Positions 1 to 10,421 of a stretch of DNA of 64,000 bases are shown piece after piece. Every line of letters starts with the position of its first letter. Positions within the stretch are counted from its first letter, which is position 1. Origin of the DNA: Polyangiaceae bacterium (lineage in GTDB: Bacteria > Myxococcota_A > Polyangia > Polyangiales > Polyangiaceae); contig CBDCTZ010000016.1 of assembly GCA_965222375.1 (NCBI GenBank), positions 1,504,001 through 1,568,000 on the forward strand, given 5' to 3'. Below the pieces are notes generated by a model. The model saw only the letters and a list, made by a program, of their open reading frames with translations. It was not told the DNA's origin and did no database searches. A program made the position numbers and the translations under genes.

Positions 1-811
1 CGTAGATTTCCCTGCGGGCCTGGCGGGAGAAGTCGCCGTGCTTGGTGCCTTTGGAGTTCCGCGGGCGCTTGGTCTTGCCGAGCTTCTTCTTCTCTAGATC
101 TGCCAGCACTAGGTCGAGTCCCCGCTCGATGACCGTCGCCAAGTCTCGCTTTGGATTCGAGTGGCTCATCAAGTCGCGGGCGCGCTCGAGTTTGTCCTTG
201 AGGGCGCTGCCGGCGGAAAACTGGACGACGAAGCGCTGTGCGGAAAGTGGTGACACGCGGGATTTCGGTTCCGCCGGTCGCTGCAGCGCCGGGCCCGCTG
301 CTTGCACAGCCGACGCGGTGCAGGAAGCGGAATCGCCCGCTAGGACGCTCTGGGCCGGCAAGGCGCAGATCCTGTCCGGCACGTCCTTCTTTGGGAAATA
401 CGAGCGGATCAGCAACTCGACCTCGGCTTTGCTCTTGCCGCAGGCTTGTGCGAGCAACTCGGCGTAGTTCTCGGGCCTGAGATGCTTTTGCAGCATGCTG
501 AGCGCCGTCACGTGGATCCGCCCCTTTCGCAGCAGATCCAGGACCACCGGATAACTGCGCGCGACCCGCGCTGCCGCAAGGTGCCGATGAGCGCTGCCCT
601 CGCTGAGCCGCAGCTTGCGGCAGCAGAACTCGTACATGGAGGAACACGCCTCCCTCAGCTCCAATCGCCGTGCTTCCACCTCGCCGAGGTAGGCCACGAG
701 CTCCGCAGTGACTCTGCGCCGCGAGCCAATCACGCCGCCTAGATTTGCCAGGACTTCATCGTCCGAAAGCTGATCCATGTGCTTCGAAATACTCGACGAG
801 TTGAGTTTCAT
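1..811 (-). CDS. Myxobacterial HNH endonuclease-family protein, N-terminal part (runs off window; alternative start 778)
   Basis: Manual translation MDQLSDDEVLANLGGVIGSRRRVTAELVAYLGEVEARRL...CSSMYEFC...RFVVQFSAGSALKDKLERARDLMSHSNP resembles the multicopy myxobacterial HNH family; the HNH motif itself lies outside the window. Confidence 0.7.
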   Translation of the reverse strand, partial: MKLNSSSISKHMDQLSDDEVLANLGGVIGSRRRVTAELVAYLGEVEARRLELREACSSMYEFCCRKLRLSEGSAHRHLAAARVARSYPVVLDLLRKGRIHVTALSMLQKHLRPENYAELLAQACGKSKAEVELLIRSYFPKKDVPDRICALPAQSVLAGDSASCTASAVQAAGPALQRPAEPKSRVSPLSAQRFVVQFSAGSALKDKLERARDLMSHSNPKRDLATVIERGLDLVLADLEKKKLGKTKRPRNSKGTKHGDFSRQARREIY

Positions 812-1214
812 ACCTACTTGCCTAGCACGCGTTTATTTGGCTTCTTGGCTGACACGCTGCGAGGCGAACGCGTGGCCAGTCGCCGCGCGCGCCCTCTCGC
901 CGCTGAAACCGCACCCGCGAGTCACACACGCGCTGCGCGCCTGCACAAATCGCCGCGCTGGCGTTTGACGCGCGCGTGCGTGCGGAAACCTGTCAACAAG
1001 ATTCGTGAAAGAAATGCGAGGCGCTGTGCTCACGCCCCCGCGCTCTTTTCCCGACACCCGCGGCGCCGGCGCCCCGGCGGAGGTGCGGACGTGGCGGGCC
1101 CCCAAAGGCCCGCCCGCACCGAAGCCCCTGCCAGTCGAGACGACGCCAACCGCCGGCGCGTTTTTCCGCAACTCAGCATCGCGCTCGCCCGACAAGTTGT
1201 CCCACCCGGGGTGG

Positions 1215-2616
1215 CTCATGATTGATCAGATCTCAACAGGGCTTGTGCGAACTGGAAGCCGATCTCGTAGTCGAGGAGTTTGAAGTATCCGCGACCGAGA
1301 GTCTGCCAACCCGGCAGTCCGTTGTTTCTGAGGTGGCCACCCACCCGGGCGACTGCGTAGAGCGCTTCTTGCACTGTCTGTGGGAGTGAGGGCAGCTTCA
1401 GTTTCAGTTGCAGTAGCTGCAGCTGTATCGGGGTCAGGACTGCTCGCGCCGGGAGTTCTGGCGCTTCGCGCACGAGCGAGCGCATCAGAAGCAAGCGCCA
1501 AGCGACGGGAAGGAACACCGCCAGGGCGTTGCTCAGCGCGTGGTAGGACTCGAGTTGCCGTTTCTCGAGGGAGCAACCCTGCTTGAGGGTCTTGAAGAAT
1601 TCCTCGATGACCCATCGGCTGCGATAGGTGTCGACCACTCGTTCGATGTCCTCGTCGGTGTCGATCGCTTCCGTGGTCAGAAGCACCCACTCGACGGGGG
1701 GCTCGTTCTCTGCTGGGCTCGGCTCCCAGACGCGCACCACGTTCAGCTCGATGGCGGCAGGACCCGTGCGGCATCCCTGAGGCCGTAGGACAGTGACCGT
1801 TCTTGCCGCCATCGCGACTTCTACCTCTCGAGCATTGCGTGGAGGATGCGTCTTGGCGGAGCGAGTCATGCAGGTTTCCGGCCGCTTTGAGATGAAGATC
1901 TTCCGAAAAACACGGGGCTCGAGCTGTTCCACCGCGGCTCGCAGACGGACGATGTCGTCGTCGTCATCCGTGGCTCGGTCCTGTGAGGACCGGATCACGA
2001 ATCGAGCACCGAGTTCTTGCGCCTTCGCAATCACTTCGTAGATGTCCGCTTCACGGTCCATCACGTGCACGACCTCGGCGCCTGCACAGCGGACATGGAC
2101 TGTCTCGAGCATCGCGGGCCAGCGCAAAGACTCCCTCTCCGAGTCCTCGCGCTTGTCCCGTGAGTGACGTCCCCGCCCGCCCTTGTGCTCGGTTCTGGCC
2201 CAGTGGCGCAGGTCGAGCACGCCAAGGGGAACACGCGATTCGCCGGGCAGTACCGCCAGGGCAGTGTGAGCGAAGAACCCCTGCGCCTTGCTCGATGTCG
2301 GCCCCAACCCGGCCCGTTTGCTCTTGCCTCCTACGGTCACCTCAGTGGTGTCATGCACTACCAGGCACGGACCCGCCGCCTTTACCCGCTCCACCGTCGC
2401 ACGAATGTGCGGCGCCAACACCTGCTTGGGCTTCACCTGCTCGTTGCGCAGGAATCGATACACACCCTCCAACTCAGATGCTGTGCTGGTGGCTCTCGGA
2501 AACCCGGCGTCCGGTGCCGCCATCACGGTTTCCGCCAACCACAAAAGCCGCTTCGAACGACGCCGATCCCCCAGCTTTGCCCCGCAAAACTCCACAGATA
2601 TCGGCTGGCCTCGCAC
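1215..2616 (-). mobile_element. IS4-family (IS50/Tn5-like) transposase, ORF 1216..2616
   Basis: EF.GAKLGD.RR N-terminus, catalytic HDTT and MDREAD, YREK motif YRSRWVIEEFFKTLK, C-terminal GGHLRNNGLPGWQTL. Confidence 0.93.
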
Positions 2617-2651
2617 TTCGGAGTCTCTTCGTAACTCGCGGCTGGAGCGCG

Positions 2652-4532
2652 TTACTTCGCGGGTGCCTCGGCCTCGCGGTGCAAGATCGTGCCGTCCCAG
2701 CCGGTGACGAAGGCGTCACTTCCGGCAGTCCACACCGCTGTCGCTACGATGCCGGCGCTCGCCGTGGACTTGCGCCAACGCTTGCCGTCGTAGTGCAGGA
2801 TGAGCCCACCATTGCCCACGGCCCAGACGTCCGTGGGGCCGGTGCCCCACACGCCGTGCAATATCGCGTTCTTCTTCGCCAAGGCCTCGAGACCGGCCCC
2901 AATGGGCTTCCACTGCTTTCCGTCGAAGTAAAGCGCCGTGGCGCCGTGTCCGACCGCGAAGGCGTGCTTTGGCCCGCTGCCCCACACGGCAGTCAAGTGC
3001 TGGTTGGTGCCGCTGGGTAGGCTCTTCCAGCTGCTCCCATCGTGATGGATGACCGTTCCGGCGGTTCCCACAGCGATCGCGTGCTTTGGCTGATGCAGCC
3101 ATACTCCGTTCAGCCACTCTCGGGTCCCAGCCGACTCGGGCTTCCACGCCTTGCCATCGAAGCGGAGTACGGTTCCGCCTCGTCCTACGGCGATCGCCGA
3201 AGACGGGCTCAGGGCACTCACGGCGGAAAGCGGCTTCTTCACCCCGCTGTCAACGGAACGCCACTTCGCGCCGTCGTAGTGCAACATCAACCCGGCCAGA
3301 CCGACAGCGTGTATGTCCTTCGGCCCGCTCCCGCCCAGCCCCGCGATGTACTCCCGGGTGGGGGAGGCGTGCTTCCGAAACGCCTTGCCGTCGTAGTGGA
3401 TCAAAGTTCCGTGACGACCCGCAAACCACACATCCGTCGCGCTGCTCCCCCAGGTCGCGAGCATCCGCGAGTTCGTGGGGCTCGGGTAGCCCTTCCACTT
3501 TCCGGATTCCCGGCGAAGCAAGAAGCCACCGACCCCGGCCGCTGTGACCTCCCCGGATTCGGACTGCCAAATGGCCTTGAGTTGGCCCGACGGCAGTCGC
3601 CCGGGAACGGACCAGCGCCCTCCGTCGAAATGCGCCAACACCCCATAGTCCCCGGCGGTCCAGATGCTCTTCTTGCCGCGGCCAGCAATGCCACGCCGGG
3701 TTTCCCCGGTCCCGCCAGCCTCCGCTTTCCAGTTCTTGCCGTCGTAGCGGTAAAGGGGCGTTCCGGGGGTGCCGACTGCGAACACACGCGTCGGGCTGCT
3801 GCCCCACACCGCTCTCAAATAGGGCGTGCCGGCGATGGTTTTGGCAGCCCACTTGTCGCCTACCCCATGCACCACGACGCCGTTTCGCCCAACCGCGAAA
3901 GTGTGGTCGCCTTGCCCCCAGACACCCTTGAGCTCGCTCTTCGTGCCTGACTCCTTGGCTGCGCAGGCATTGGGCGAACACACGGCGACCAAGCCCTCCT
4001 TGCCCACGACCACGGCCCGTTCGGGGCTTTCGACCCAGATCCCGGTCAGCTTGTGCGGCAGGCCTGCACCAATGCGCTGCCAACGCTTGCCGTCGAAGCG
4101 CAGCACGCTGCGGCTTCCCGCTGCCCATATGTTCGTGTCACTGGTTCCCGAAACCGCGCCCAGCTCGACGTTGGTTCCACTCTGCTCTAGCGACCAGACA
4201 CGACCGTCATGGCGCAAGATGGTGCCGTTCTTGCCGACCGCCCAAGTCTGGGAACCTGCTCCCCATACACCGTTGATACCGTTGGCCTGGGGCAATGGAC
4301 TCTTCCAGCACCAACCGTCTTCCAGGCATAGCGGTGGGTTGTCGGTGTTGGCGACTTCAATCAGCGGAGTGTTCGCTGCCGGCGCAGTCCCCATTGCCGC
4401 GGGGGATGAAGCTGACGCTGCGGCCGCCGCCGAGGCCGAGGTGGCTGTCGGAGCCGGCTTCTTGGGCTGACTGCGACACCCGATGGCGAGCAATGCGGCA
4501 CAAGCGGCCGTCCTTCGCAGAGCCCGCGTCAT
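2652..4532 (-). CDS. Beta-propeller repeat lipoprotein
   Basis: Lipobox LAIGC; many ~40-aa repeats of type VWGSGPTDVWAVG..G.ILHYDG..W. Confidence 0.85.
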   Translation of the reverse strand: MTRALRRTAACAALLAIGCRSQPKKPAPTATSASAAAAASASSPAAMGTAPAANTPLIEVANTDNPPLCLEDGWCWKSPLPQANGINGVWGAGSQTWAVGKNGTILRHDGRVWSLEQSGTNVELGAVSGTSDTNIWAAGSRSVLRFDGKRWQRIGAGLPHKLTGIWVESPERAVVVGKEGLVAVCSPNACAAKESGTKSELKGVWGQGDHTFAVGRNGVVVHGVGDKWAAKTIAGTPYLRAVWGSSPTRVFAVGTPGTPLYRYDGKNWKAEAGGTGETRRGIAGRGKKSIWTAGDYGVLAHFDGGRWSVPGRLPSGQLKAIWQSESGEVTAAGVGGFLLRRESGKWKGYPSPTNSRMLATWGSSATDVWFAGRHGTLIHYDGKAFRKHASPTREYIAGLGGSGPKDIHAVGLAGLMLHYDGAKWRSVDSGVKKPLSAVSALSPSSAIAVGRGGTVLRFDGKAWKPESAGTREWLNGVWLHQPKHAIAVGTAGTVIHHDGSSWKSLPSGTNQHLTAVWGSGPKHAFAVGHGATALYFDGKQWKPIGAGLEALAKKNAILHGVWGTGPTDVWAVGNGGLILHYDGKRWRKSTASAGIVATAVWTAGSDAFVTGWDGTILHREAEAPAK

Positions 4533-4563
4533 CGAGTGCTTGAAACTGTTCAGTCAGGCCGAC

Positions 4564-6066
4564 TCAGCGAACTGGGACGTCGTCGGCACAGCAGCCTTCT
4601 TTGCAGACCTTGCCGGCTGCGCAAGCCGGCAGACCCGGGCCGCAGGCCTGAATGCCGTCGGGACAGTTTCCGACGTCGTCCTGCAAATCGCCGCCGCCGA
4701 GCTCGAACAGGTACTTGCCTGAAGCCGCCCAGAAGTGGTTGAGGGCGCCGAAGCCGAAGCCCTCGACCGCGGACGAGGTGGCGTCGTTGTACTCGAACAG
4801 CGCAGCCTGCTCCCAGCCCGTAGCTTTGCGGATGTACTGGCCGATGAAGTCGGAGGTCATGTCACTGACGTAAACGAACTGCTCGCCGGTTTTCGGTGAA
4901 ACCACGACGTCGAGGCCATCCATGTGGCTACCCGCGAGATCCGGATACACGAACTCGAGCACCCAGGCCTTCGTGGGCTCGTGGAAAGAGTACACCTTGC
5001 GGGGCTTGCTCTCGTTGCCGGCGTACCAGCGCTGCTCCCAGTGCCCGTAGCCCAGGAAGGACATGGCCTTCGTGTTCGTGGGCTGAACCACGACCTGTGT
5101 GGCTTTCGTGTTGAAGATGTACTCAGTGATGCTGCCGTTGCGCGTGGGCCCGAGGGAAAACACGCGATCATTCGACCACGCGTACAAGGAGGTCGTGGAC
5201 GCCTGCGCCGTGGGCGCATTGTCGGCAGACTTCGTGTACGTCTTGACCAGTTCCAGCGTCCGCTGCTCCATTGGACCTTGCGCCTTGGGATTGTCGGGGT
5301 GCTGGTTCGGCTGCAGTGAGCCGTTGTTGTCCGAGTCGTGCAAGGTGACCTTGTACACGTCAATGTACTGCCCGGTGCGGTTGACGTAGATGTAGTCCCC
5401 GAAAGAGGTGACGTCGTAGCCTCCCTTGAAGGCGCTGTTTCCCGACTCGAACACCGCGTATTGATAGTATTTGCCGGTTGGCGTCGTCGTGCCGATCGGT
5501 TGCGCCGTCACGCAGGTGCCCGTACTAGCGTCGCACTTTTGTGCCGAGAACGGGTCACAAGTGGTTGACGGGGTCTTCGGGACCCACTTCGAGGGCGGCC
5601 CTGGGTCGCATTGCCGGATGGTGTTGCCGTAGCAGTTGAACTCCCCTGCGGTGCACCCGCTCTTGCACGTGTTCGTGAAGCTGCATCCGAACTCACACTG
5701 AGTCGGCTTGCCCCATTCTCCGGTGTTGTCGCAGGTCTCCAGCAGATCGACCGTGCACTTGGTCGCGCCCGGCTTGCAGGTGCCGACGCAGGTGCCACTG
5801 CTACACAGGAAGGGACACTCGGTTCCGCTCTGCCATCCGGTTGCGCCACAGGTCTGCGGAACGTTGCCGCTGCACTGCTTGGCGCCGGGCGTGCAGTTCA
5901 CGTCGATGATCTTGCCGCCACCGCCGCCGGCGCCCGTCCCCGAGTCGTTGCCTGACTTGCCACCGGTTTGAAAACCGTTGTCCGATACGCCACCACCGTC
6001 TGTACCGCACGCGCTGAGCGCAAAAAGGCCAGACGCAACAAAGGAATAACCGATGAGCTTTTTCAT
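4564..6066 (-). CDS. Cys-rich lipoprotein with C-terminal beta-rich domain
   Basis: Lipobox LSAC, Gly linker, CxPG..xC repeats, GGAGG RBS. Confidence 0.8.
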   Translation of the reverse strand: MKKLIGYSFVASGLFALSACGTDGGGVSDNGFQTGGKSGNDSGTGAGGGGGKIIDVNCTPGAKQCSGNVPQTCGATGWQSGTECPFLCSSGTCVGTCKPGATKCTVDLLETCDNTGEWGKPTQCEFGCSFTNTCKSGCTAGEFNCYGNTIRQCDPGPPSKWVPKTPSTTCDPFSAQKCDASTGTCVTAQPIGTTTPTGKYYQYAVFESGNSAFKGGYDVTSFGDYIYVNRTGQYIDVYKVTLHDSDNNGSLQPNQHPDNPKAQGPMEQRTLELVKTYTKSADNAPTAQASTTSLYAWSNDRVFSLGPTRNGSITEYIFNTKATQVVVQPTNTKAMSFLGYGHWEQRWYAGNESKPRKVYSFHEPTKAWVLEFVYPDLAGSHMDGLDVVVSPKTGEQFVYVSDMTSDFIGQYIRKATGWEQAALFEYNDATSSAVEGFGFGALNHFWAASGKYLFELGGGDLQDDVGNCPDGIQACGPGLPACAAGKVCKEGCCADDVPVR

Positions 6067-6175
6067 GAAGCCTCCGCCGAAGGCGGTAATCTAGCACGGG
6101 AAGGTCGATAGGCCCCATTTAGGCCCAGAAAAAGCAGGTTCCATCGGGGAAGCAGAGCCCTTAGCCTCTCCGGTG

Positions 6176-6382
6176 ATGCTCCACCGTGGCTTGATCGCGC
6201 TTTTCCTGGTCTGGGGCGCCGCTGGGTGCACGCAGATAGCGGCCTACGAGCGAGGCCGCTTGGCCCATCCGACCATGGCCTCCGAGGAGGATTTCGGAGC
6301 TGGCAGAGCGCATCTTTACGCGGTCCAGGAGGGCGCTGCTGGAGGCAGTGTCACACGCGCCAGTGGCTGCGGTTGCAACTAG
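6176..6382 (+). CDS. DUF4266 family lipoprotein
   Basis: YERGRLAHPTM...EGAAGG...GCGCN terminus typical of DUF4266. Confidence 0.85.
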   Translation: MLHRGLIALFLVWGAAGCTQIAAYERGRLAHPTMASEEDFGAGRAHLYAVQEGAAGGSVTRASGCGCN

Positions 6383-6404
6383 CTCCGAGTGCGTCCATTT
6401 CGCC

Positions 6405-7592
6405 ATGCCCGCCCAGTTTGCGAAGGTCCGAGCCATGTGGGCGCGCCAGCTAGTTGCCGCGGTAGGAAGTGTCCTTCTGTGTGCCTCGACGGTCCGGGCG
6501 GATGTCGATCCCACGCGCTGGGATGGGGGCGCCGAGTTCAGCGCCTACACTGACACCGATCATGTCACTGTTTTCACTCCTGCACTCCAGGCCGCCGCGC
6601 GCACGGGGTCGGGTTGGTCTGCCAGCGGCCGCTATCTGGTCGATGTCGTCTCGGCCGCATCCGTGGACATCGTTTCCACGGCCAGCCCGCGTTGGAACGA
6701 GGTACGCCACGCGGTCGATCTCGGCGTTGGCTACGAGACAGGGGACTTCTCCGTCCGCGTGAAGGGCGCCGCATCCCTCGAGCCGGACTACGTGTCTTGG
6801 CTGGCAGGCGCAGAGGGCTCCTATGCGCTGAGCAACAAGCAAGCACTGCTCTCCCTGGGATACAATTTCCGACGCGATATCGCTGGGCGTACCGGGACGC
6901 CGTTTTCCGAGTTTGCCCTTCGTTCCTCGCATCATGGAATCAGCGCCAGCGTCGAGTTGGTGCTCGACCGCGCCACCACGCTGACCCCGGGCATCGATGT
7001 GATGATCGAGTTTGGCCGACAAGAGAAGCCGTACCGATTCCTTCCGCTCTTCGATCCGGATGTTGCGCTCCGAGTTCCTCCGGGTGCTTCCGTGGAGTTG
7101 GTCAACCGGTTGCGCCTGCCGGGTCGTACGGTAGAGCGCCTGCCCGATCGGCGCCGGCGAGTCGCGGCGAGCGTGCGCCTGGCGCACCGCTTCAGCAGCT
7201 CCACGCTTCGGCTGTGGGAGCGTGTCTATGTGGACGGTTGGGGAATGCTCTCCACCACCACCGACGCGCGCTGGATCTTCGATGTTGCACCCCGCGTCAC
7301 GCTGTGGCCAGCAGCGCGGCTGCACAACCAATCCGCCGTGACCTTTTGGCGACGCGCCTACGTGGGGCGCTTTCAAGATGGTCGCGTGGATGCGCCGTCC
7401 TTCCGCACCGGCGACCGCGAGCTTGCTCGCTTGTGGACGGCGACCCTCGGCGCCGGAGTGGGCTTCCAGCCAGCCGACAGCGTCCGTCTCAGCCTGCAAA
7501 TCGACGCTGCATACACCGAGTTCCCGAACACGCTATACATCGACCATCGCTGGGCGGGGTTCGCCGTGGCAGGCTGTGGCGTGAGGTTCTGA
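6405..7592 (+). CDS. DUF3570 family outer-membrane beta-barrel (start uncertain, 6405 or 6435)
   Basis: VDVVSAASVDIVSTAS, SLEPDY, ERLPD.R.R, Y.D.WG, TGDREL motifs; C-terminal Phe; follows DUF4266. Confidence 0.85.
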   Translation: MPAQFAKVRAMWARQLVAAVGSVLLCASTVRADVDPTRWDGGAEFSAYTDTDHVTVFTPALQAAARTGSGWSASGRYLVDVVSAASVDIVSTASPRWNEVRHAVDLGVGYETGDFSVRVKGAASLEPDYVSWLAGAEGSYALSNKQALLSLGYNFRRDIAGRTGTPFSEFALRSSHHGISASVELVLDRATTLTPGIDVMIEFGRQEKPYRFLPLFDPDVALRVPPGASVELVNRLRLPGRTVERLPDRRRRVAASVRLAHRFSSSTLRLWERVYVDGWGMLSTTTDARWIFDVAPRVTLWPAARLHNQSAVTFWRRAYVGRFQDGRVDAPSFRTGDRELARLWTATLGAGVGFQPADSVRLSLQIDAAYTEFPNTLYIDHRWAGFAVAGCGVRF

Positions 7593-8080
7593 TGCGACGT
7601 GGGTCAGGGTGGTTCGGGCTGATTGCCGTCGCCGTTGCGGCGGGTTGCACGGACCCGGTCGCCGAACAACGCGTCGACTCCTTGGGCCCCGAACCGGGCA
7701 GTTACCCCCAGGGGCCCAACCACCGGCCAGGGCAGCCCTGCACTTGGTGTCACGGTGAAGGGGGAGGTGAAGAGCCCTTCGACTTGGCGGGGACCGTGTT
7801 CTTGCGAGCCGGGTCCAAGCAGCCAGCGCCTTCGGTTCGCGTGCGGATATTCGATCGCCAAGGTCGTGAGCGTTCGAAAGTGACCAGCGAGTCCGGCAAC
7901 TTCTTCTTCTCGGAGGGGGAGCTCGGGCTCGACTATCCGCTTTGGGTGAAGATCGAGGGTGGCGGCCAGGTGCGCTCCATGCGCACGCCCATCTACCGCG
8001 AGAGCTCGTGTGCCGGTTGCCATGGGATCCCCGCGAGCCCCAGCAGTGCCGGCGTCGTGTACTTGGAGGAAGACCCGTGA
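7592..8080 (+). CDS. Diheme c-type cytochrome lipoprotein
   Basis: MRRGSGWFGLIAVAVAAGC lipobox; CTWCH and CAGCH motifs. Confidence 0.8.
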   Translation: MRRGSGWFGLIAVAVAAGCTDPVAEQRVDSLGPEPGSYPQGPNHRPGQPCTWCHGEGGGEEPFDLAGTVFLRAGSKQPAPSVRVRIFDRQGRERSKVTSESGNFFFSEGELGLDYPLWVKIEGGGQVRSMRTPIYRESSCAGCHGIPASPSSAGVVYLEEDP

Positions 8081-9141
8081 GGCTCCGCGCTCTGGGAGTG
8101 CTCGTGGTCGGCGCGTGCTCGGTGCCCACGGAACCGATCCCCTTCAACGCGCCGCCCGAAGAGGACTTTCGCTACGTCAGCAGCGCTCTCTCGGCACGCT
8201 GTGGGAGTTTGGATTGCCACGGTGGAACCGAGCGCAGCCTGCGATTGTATGGGCGATTCGGGCTTAGGCTCGACCCAGACGACGTACCCGGTGGAAGCCA
8301 AGACAGCGCCGAAGAGCACGCAGCCAACTACGCTTCCGTGCTCGCCCTCGAGCCCGAGCTGATGCACAAGGTGGTGCGCTCGGGCGGCCAGCAGCCCGAG
8401 CGGCTCACGCTGTTTCGAAAGGGCCGCGGTGTGGAGCGGCATGAGGGTGGGCGCGCCTTCGACGACGACACGGACACCTGTCTGACCTCCTGGGTAGCCG
8501 GCAATCTCGACCGAAAGACCTGCTTCGAGGCGTCGCGGGTCGATACACCACCGGGGTTCACGGGCACTGGGGGCGGCGGCACCGGCGGTGGAGGCACCGG
8601 TGGCGGCGGCACCGGTGGCGGCGGCACCGGTGGTTCGAGCGGCAGCGGCGGTGGTGGTACGGGCGGCACTAGTGGCACGGGTGGAGGAAACACCGGTGGG
8701 GGAGGGGGCGTGGTGTGCTTCGAGGGCGACTTCTGGCCCTGCACCTGGGACGCCGCCTGCAAGTCGGAAAAGCCGGCTCCCGCCGATCACATTGCCCTCG
8801 CGTACTCGGATTGCCTCAGCTGCCACAGCGTAGGCGGCGATGCGGGGTCGGCTCAGCCGTTCTTGCTCGCCGGTATCATTTGGGAGTGGGGCAAGGACTA
8901 CGGCAAGCCGGGCGTCGAGATCGGCGTGCGCGACGGGTCGCTCTTCTACTACACCTGCACGGATGACAACGGGTTCTTCTTCATTCGCGATACCGGCCAG
9001 CCAGCGCCAGAGTGGAAGAAGAGCAGCGTCCAAGTCCGCGGGGAGTTTGGGGGCAAGCCCATGTTTGAAGACGAAGAACCCGGCGCGTCCTGCAACGCTG
9101 CCAAATGTCACGGCGATATCAAGCACCGCGTGATGCTCTAG
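8077..9141 (+). CDS. Two-domain c-type cytochrome lipoprotein with Gly-rich linker
   Basis: GTG start overlapping upstream stop, VGAC lipobox; CGSLDCH, CLSCH, CNAAKCH; (GGGGT)n linker. Confidence 0.75.
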   Translation: MRLRALGVLVVGACSVPTEPIPFNAPPEEDFRYVSSALSARCGSLDCHGGTERSLRLYGRFGLRLDPDDVPGGSQDSAEEHAANYASVLALEPELMHKVVRSGGQQPERLTLFRKGRGVERHEGGRAFDDDTDTCLTSWVAGNLDRKTCFEASRVDTPPGFTGTGGGGTGGGGTGGGGTGGGGTGGSSGSGGGGTGGTSGTGGGNTGGGGGVVCFEGDFWPCTWDAACKSEKPAPADHIALAYSDCLSCHSVGGDAGSAQPFLLAGIIWEWGKDYGKPGVEIGVRDGSLFYYTCTDDNGFFFIRDTGQPAPEWKKSSVQVRGEFGGKPMFEDEEPGASCNAAKCHGDIKHRVML

Positions 9142-9144
9142 GCG

Positions 9145-9789
9145 GTGATGCGGCCTGCTCTCGTCATCTTCGACTGCGATGGGGTCTTGGTGGATACCGG
9201 GTCGGTGGATACCCGCGTTCTGAGCGAGGTTGTGACCGAGGCGGGGTGGCCGATGTCACCGGCGGAGGTGAACCGCCGCTTCAAGGGCATGGCTAGCGTG
9301 AAGATCTGGGAGCAGGTCGCTGTCCGGCTGGCCCGGGCGTTGCGCCCGGACATCGAGGAGAGTTTCCGCGAAAGACAGCTGGTCGCACTGGAAGGCGAGG
9401 TGCGGCCCGTCGCAGGCGTGGAAGCGCTTCTCGATGCGTTTCCGATCCTCTACTGCGTTGCGTCCAACGGTCCCCACCGAAAGATGGAGGCGACCTTGGG
9501 CGCGACCGGCCTGCTCGACCGCTTCGAAGGTCGCGTCTTCTCGAGAACGGAGGTTGCGCGGCCGAAACCAGCTCCGGATCTATTCCTTCACGTTGCCAGC
9601 GTCATGAACGCTGCGCCGGGCGCATGCTTGGTCGTCGAAGACAGCCCTTTGGGGATCGAGGCAGCCCGGGCTGCCTCGATGCGATCCCTCGGCTTCGCCG
9701 GGACGCGGACCGCGGATGCCGACGCCCTTGCCGCAGCCGGAGCCGACGGCGTCATTCAGCGAATTGGGGACGTGTTGAACTGGCTCTGA
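9145..9789 (+). CDS. HAD-superfamily phosphatase
   Basis: IFDCDGVLVD, ASN, KPAPD, VEDS..G motifs. Confidence 0.92.
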   Translation: MMRPALVIFDCDGVLVDTGSVDTRVLSEVVTEAGWPMSPAEVNRRFKGMASVKIWEQVAVRLARALRPDIEESFRERQLVALEGEVRPVAGVEALLDAFPILYCVASNGPHRKMEATLGATGLLDRFEGRVFSRTEVARPKPAPDLFLHVASVMNAAPGACLVVEDSPLGIEAARAASMRSLGFAGTRTADADALAAAGADGVIQRIGDVLNWL

Positions 9790-9833
9790 ACCGCGTGGCC
9801 CCCTGACGTGGCTTTCTGCGTCGGTGCTTGAGC

Positions 9834-9892
9834 GTGGCCCGTTGCGAGAATAGTGGCCCAACGCCGCCCAGTGCTCGACCCCCAAACCCAAC
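9834..9892 (+). repeat. Dispersed GGAGTAG repeat, copy R1
   Basis: GTGGCCCGTTGCGAGAATAGTGGCCCA...CGACCCCCAAACCCAA matches copies at 46.7, 61.2 and 62.9 kb. Confidence 0.7.
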
Positions 9893-9933
9893 AAGCAACC
9901 CGGGTGCATGTAGTCACCGAGCCGCCTCCAACA

Positions 9934-9977
9934 CAAAAAGAAAACGGCCGGGGAGCATGAAGCCACCCAGCCGCGTT
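9934..9977 (-). terminator. Intrinsic terminator of the 9997..10206 gene
   Basis: Minus-strand CGGCTGGG...CCCCGGCCG hairpin followed by TTTTCTTTTT. Confidence 0.7.
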
Positions 9978-9996
9978 CCTAAGCTCAGAAGAGCTA

Positions 9997-10206
9997 TCAC
10001 TCGCCTTCGGCGGGAGCCTCGGCGGGAGCCTCGGGCTCCTCAGGTGCCTCGGGGGCTTCGGGCTCTTCGGGAGCCTCGGGAGCCTCGGGAGCCTCGGGAG
10101 CGGCCGCTGCCTCGGGGGCCTCAGCTTCGGGCATAGCCTCGCCGCCACAGGCGACAGCGAAGGCACACATCGGAACGGTCAGAGCGAGAGCGATGATCTT
10201 ACGCAT
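9997..10206 (-). CDS. Small acidic lipoprotein with (EAP)n repeats
   Basis: GGAGGA RBS, MRK + hydrophobic segment + VAC lipobox, 9-bp tandem repeats. Confidence 0.8.
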   Translation of the reverse strand: MRKIIALALTVPMCAFAVACGGEAMPEAEAPEAAAAPEAPEAPEAPEEPEAPEAPEEPEAPAEAPAEGE

Positions 10207-10421
10207 TGGTCTAATTTCCTCCTCCGAGCCGACGGAAATTGAAAAGAAACGACCCGGAACGACTAGCCAGATGCCTGAAAAGCCAGGATCGGCTCAAGAA
10301 AAAAGCACGCCTTCGGATTAGCGCTGATATTTCAATTGTTTAGCGACACCGCCTCAGTGCCAGGCTAGAGTTTTGTTGCCCGGTTGAGCCAAAACGGGCC
10401 TCTACAGCGTCCATCCTGAGC

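Noticed and set aside
1983..3950. Long antisense ORFs (1983..3020, 3042..3950 and many like them)
   Set aside because: Shadow ORFs of high-GC genes on the opposite strand, with no recognisable motifs.
8560..8710. GGC-rich tandem repeats as non-coding elements (also 14620-14790, 50900-51060)
   Set aside because: They encode Gly-rich linkers of lipoproteins.
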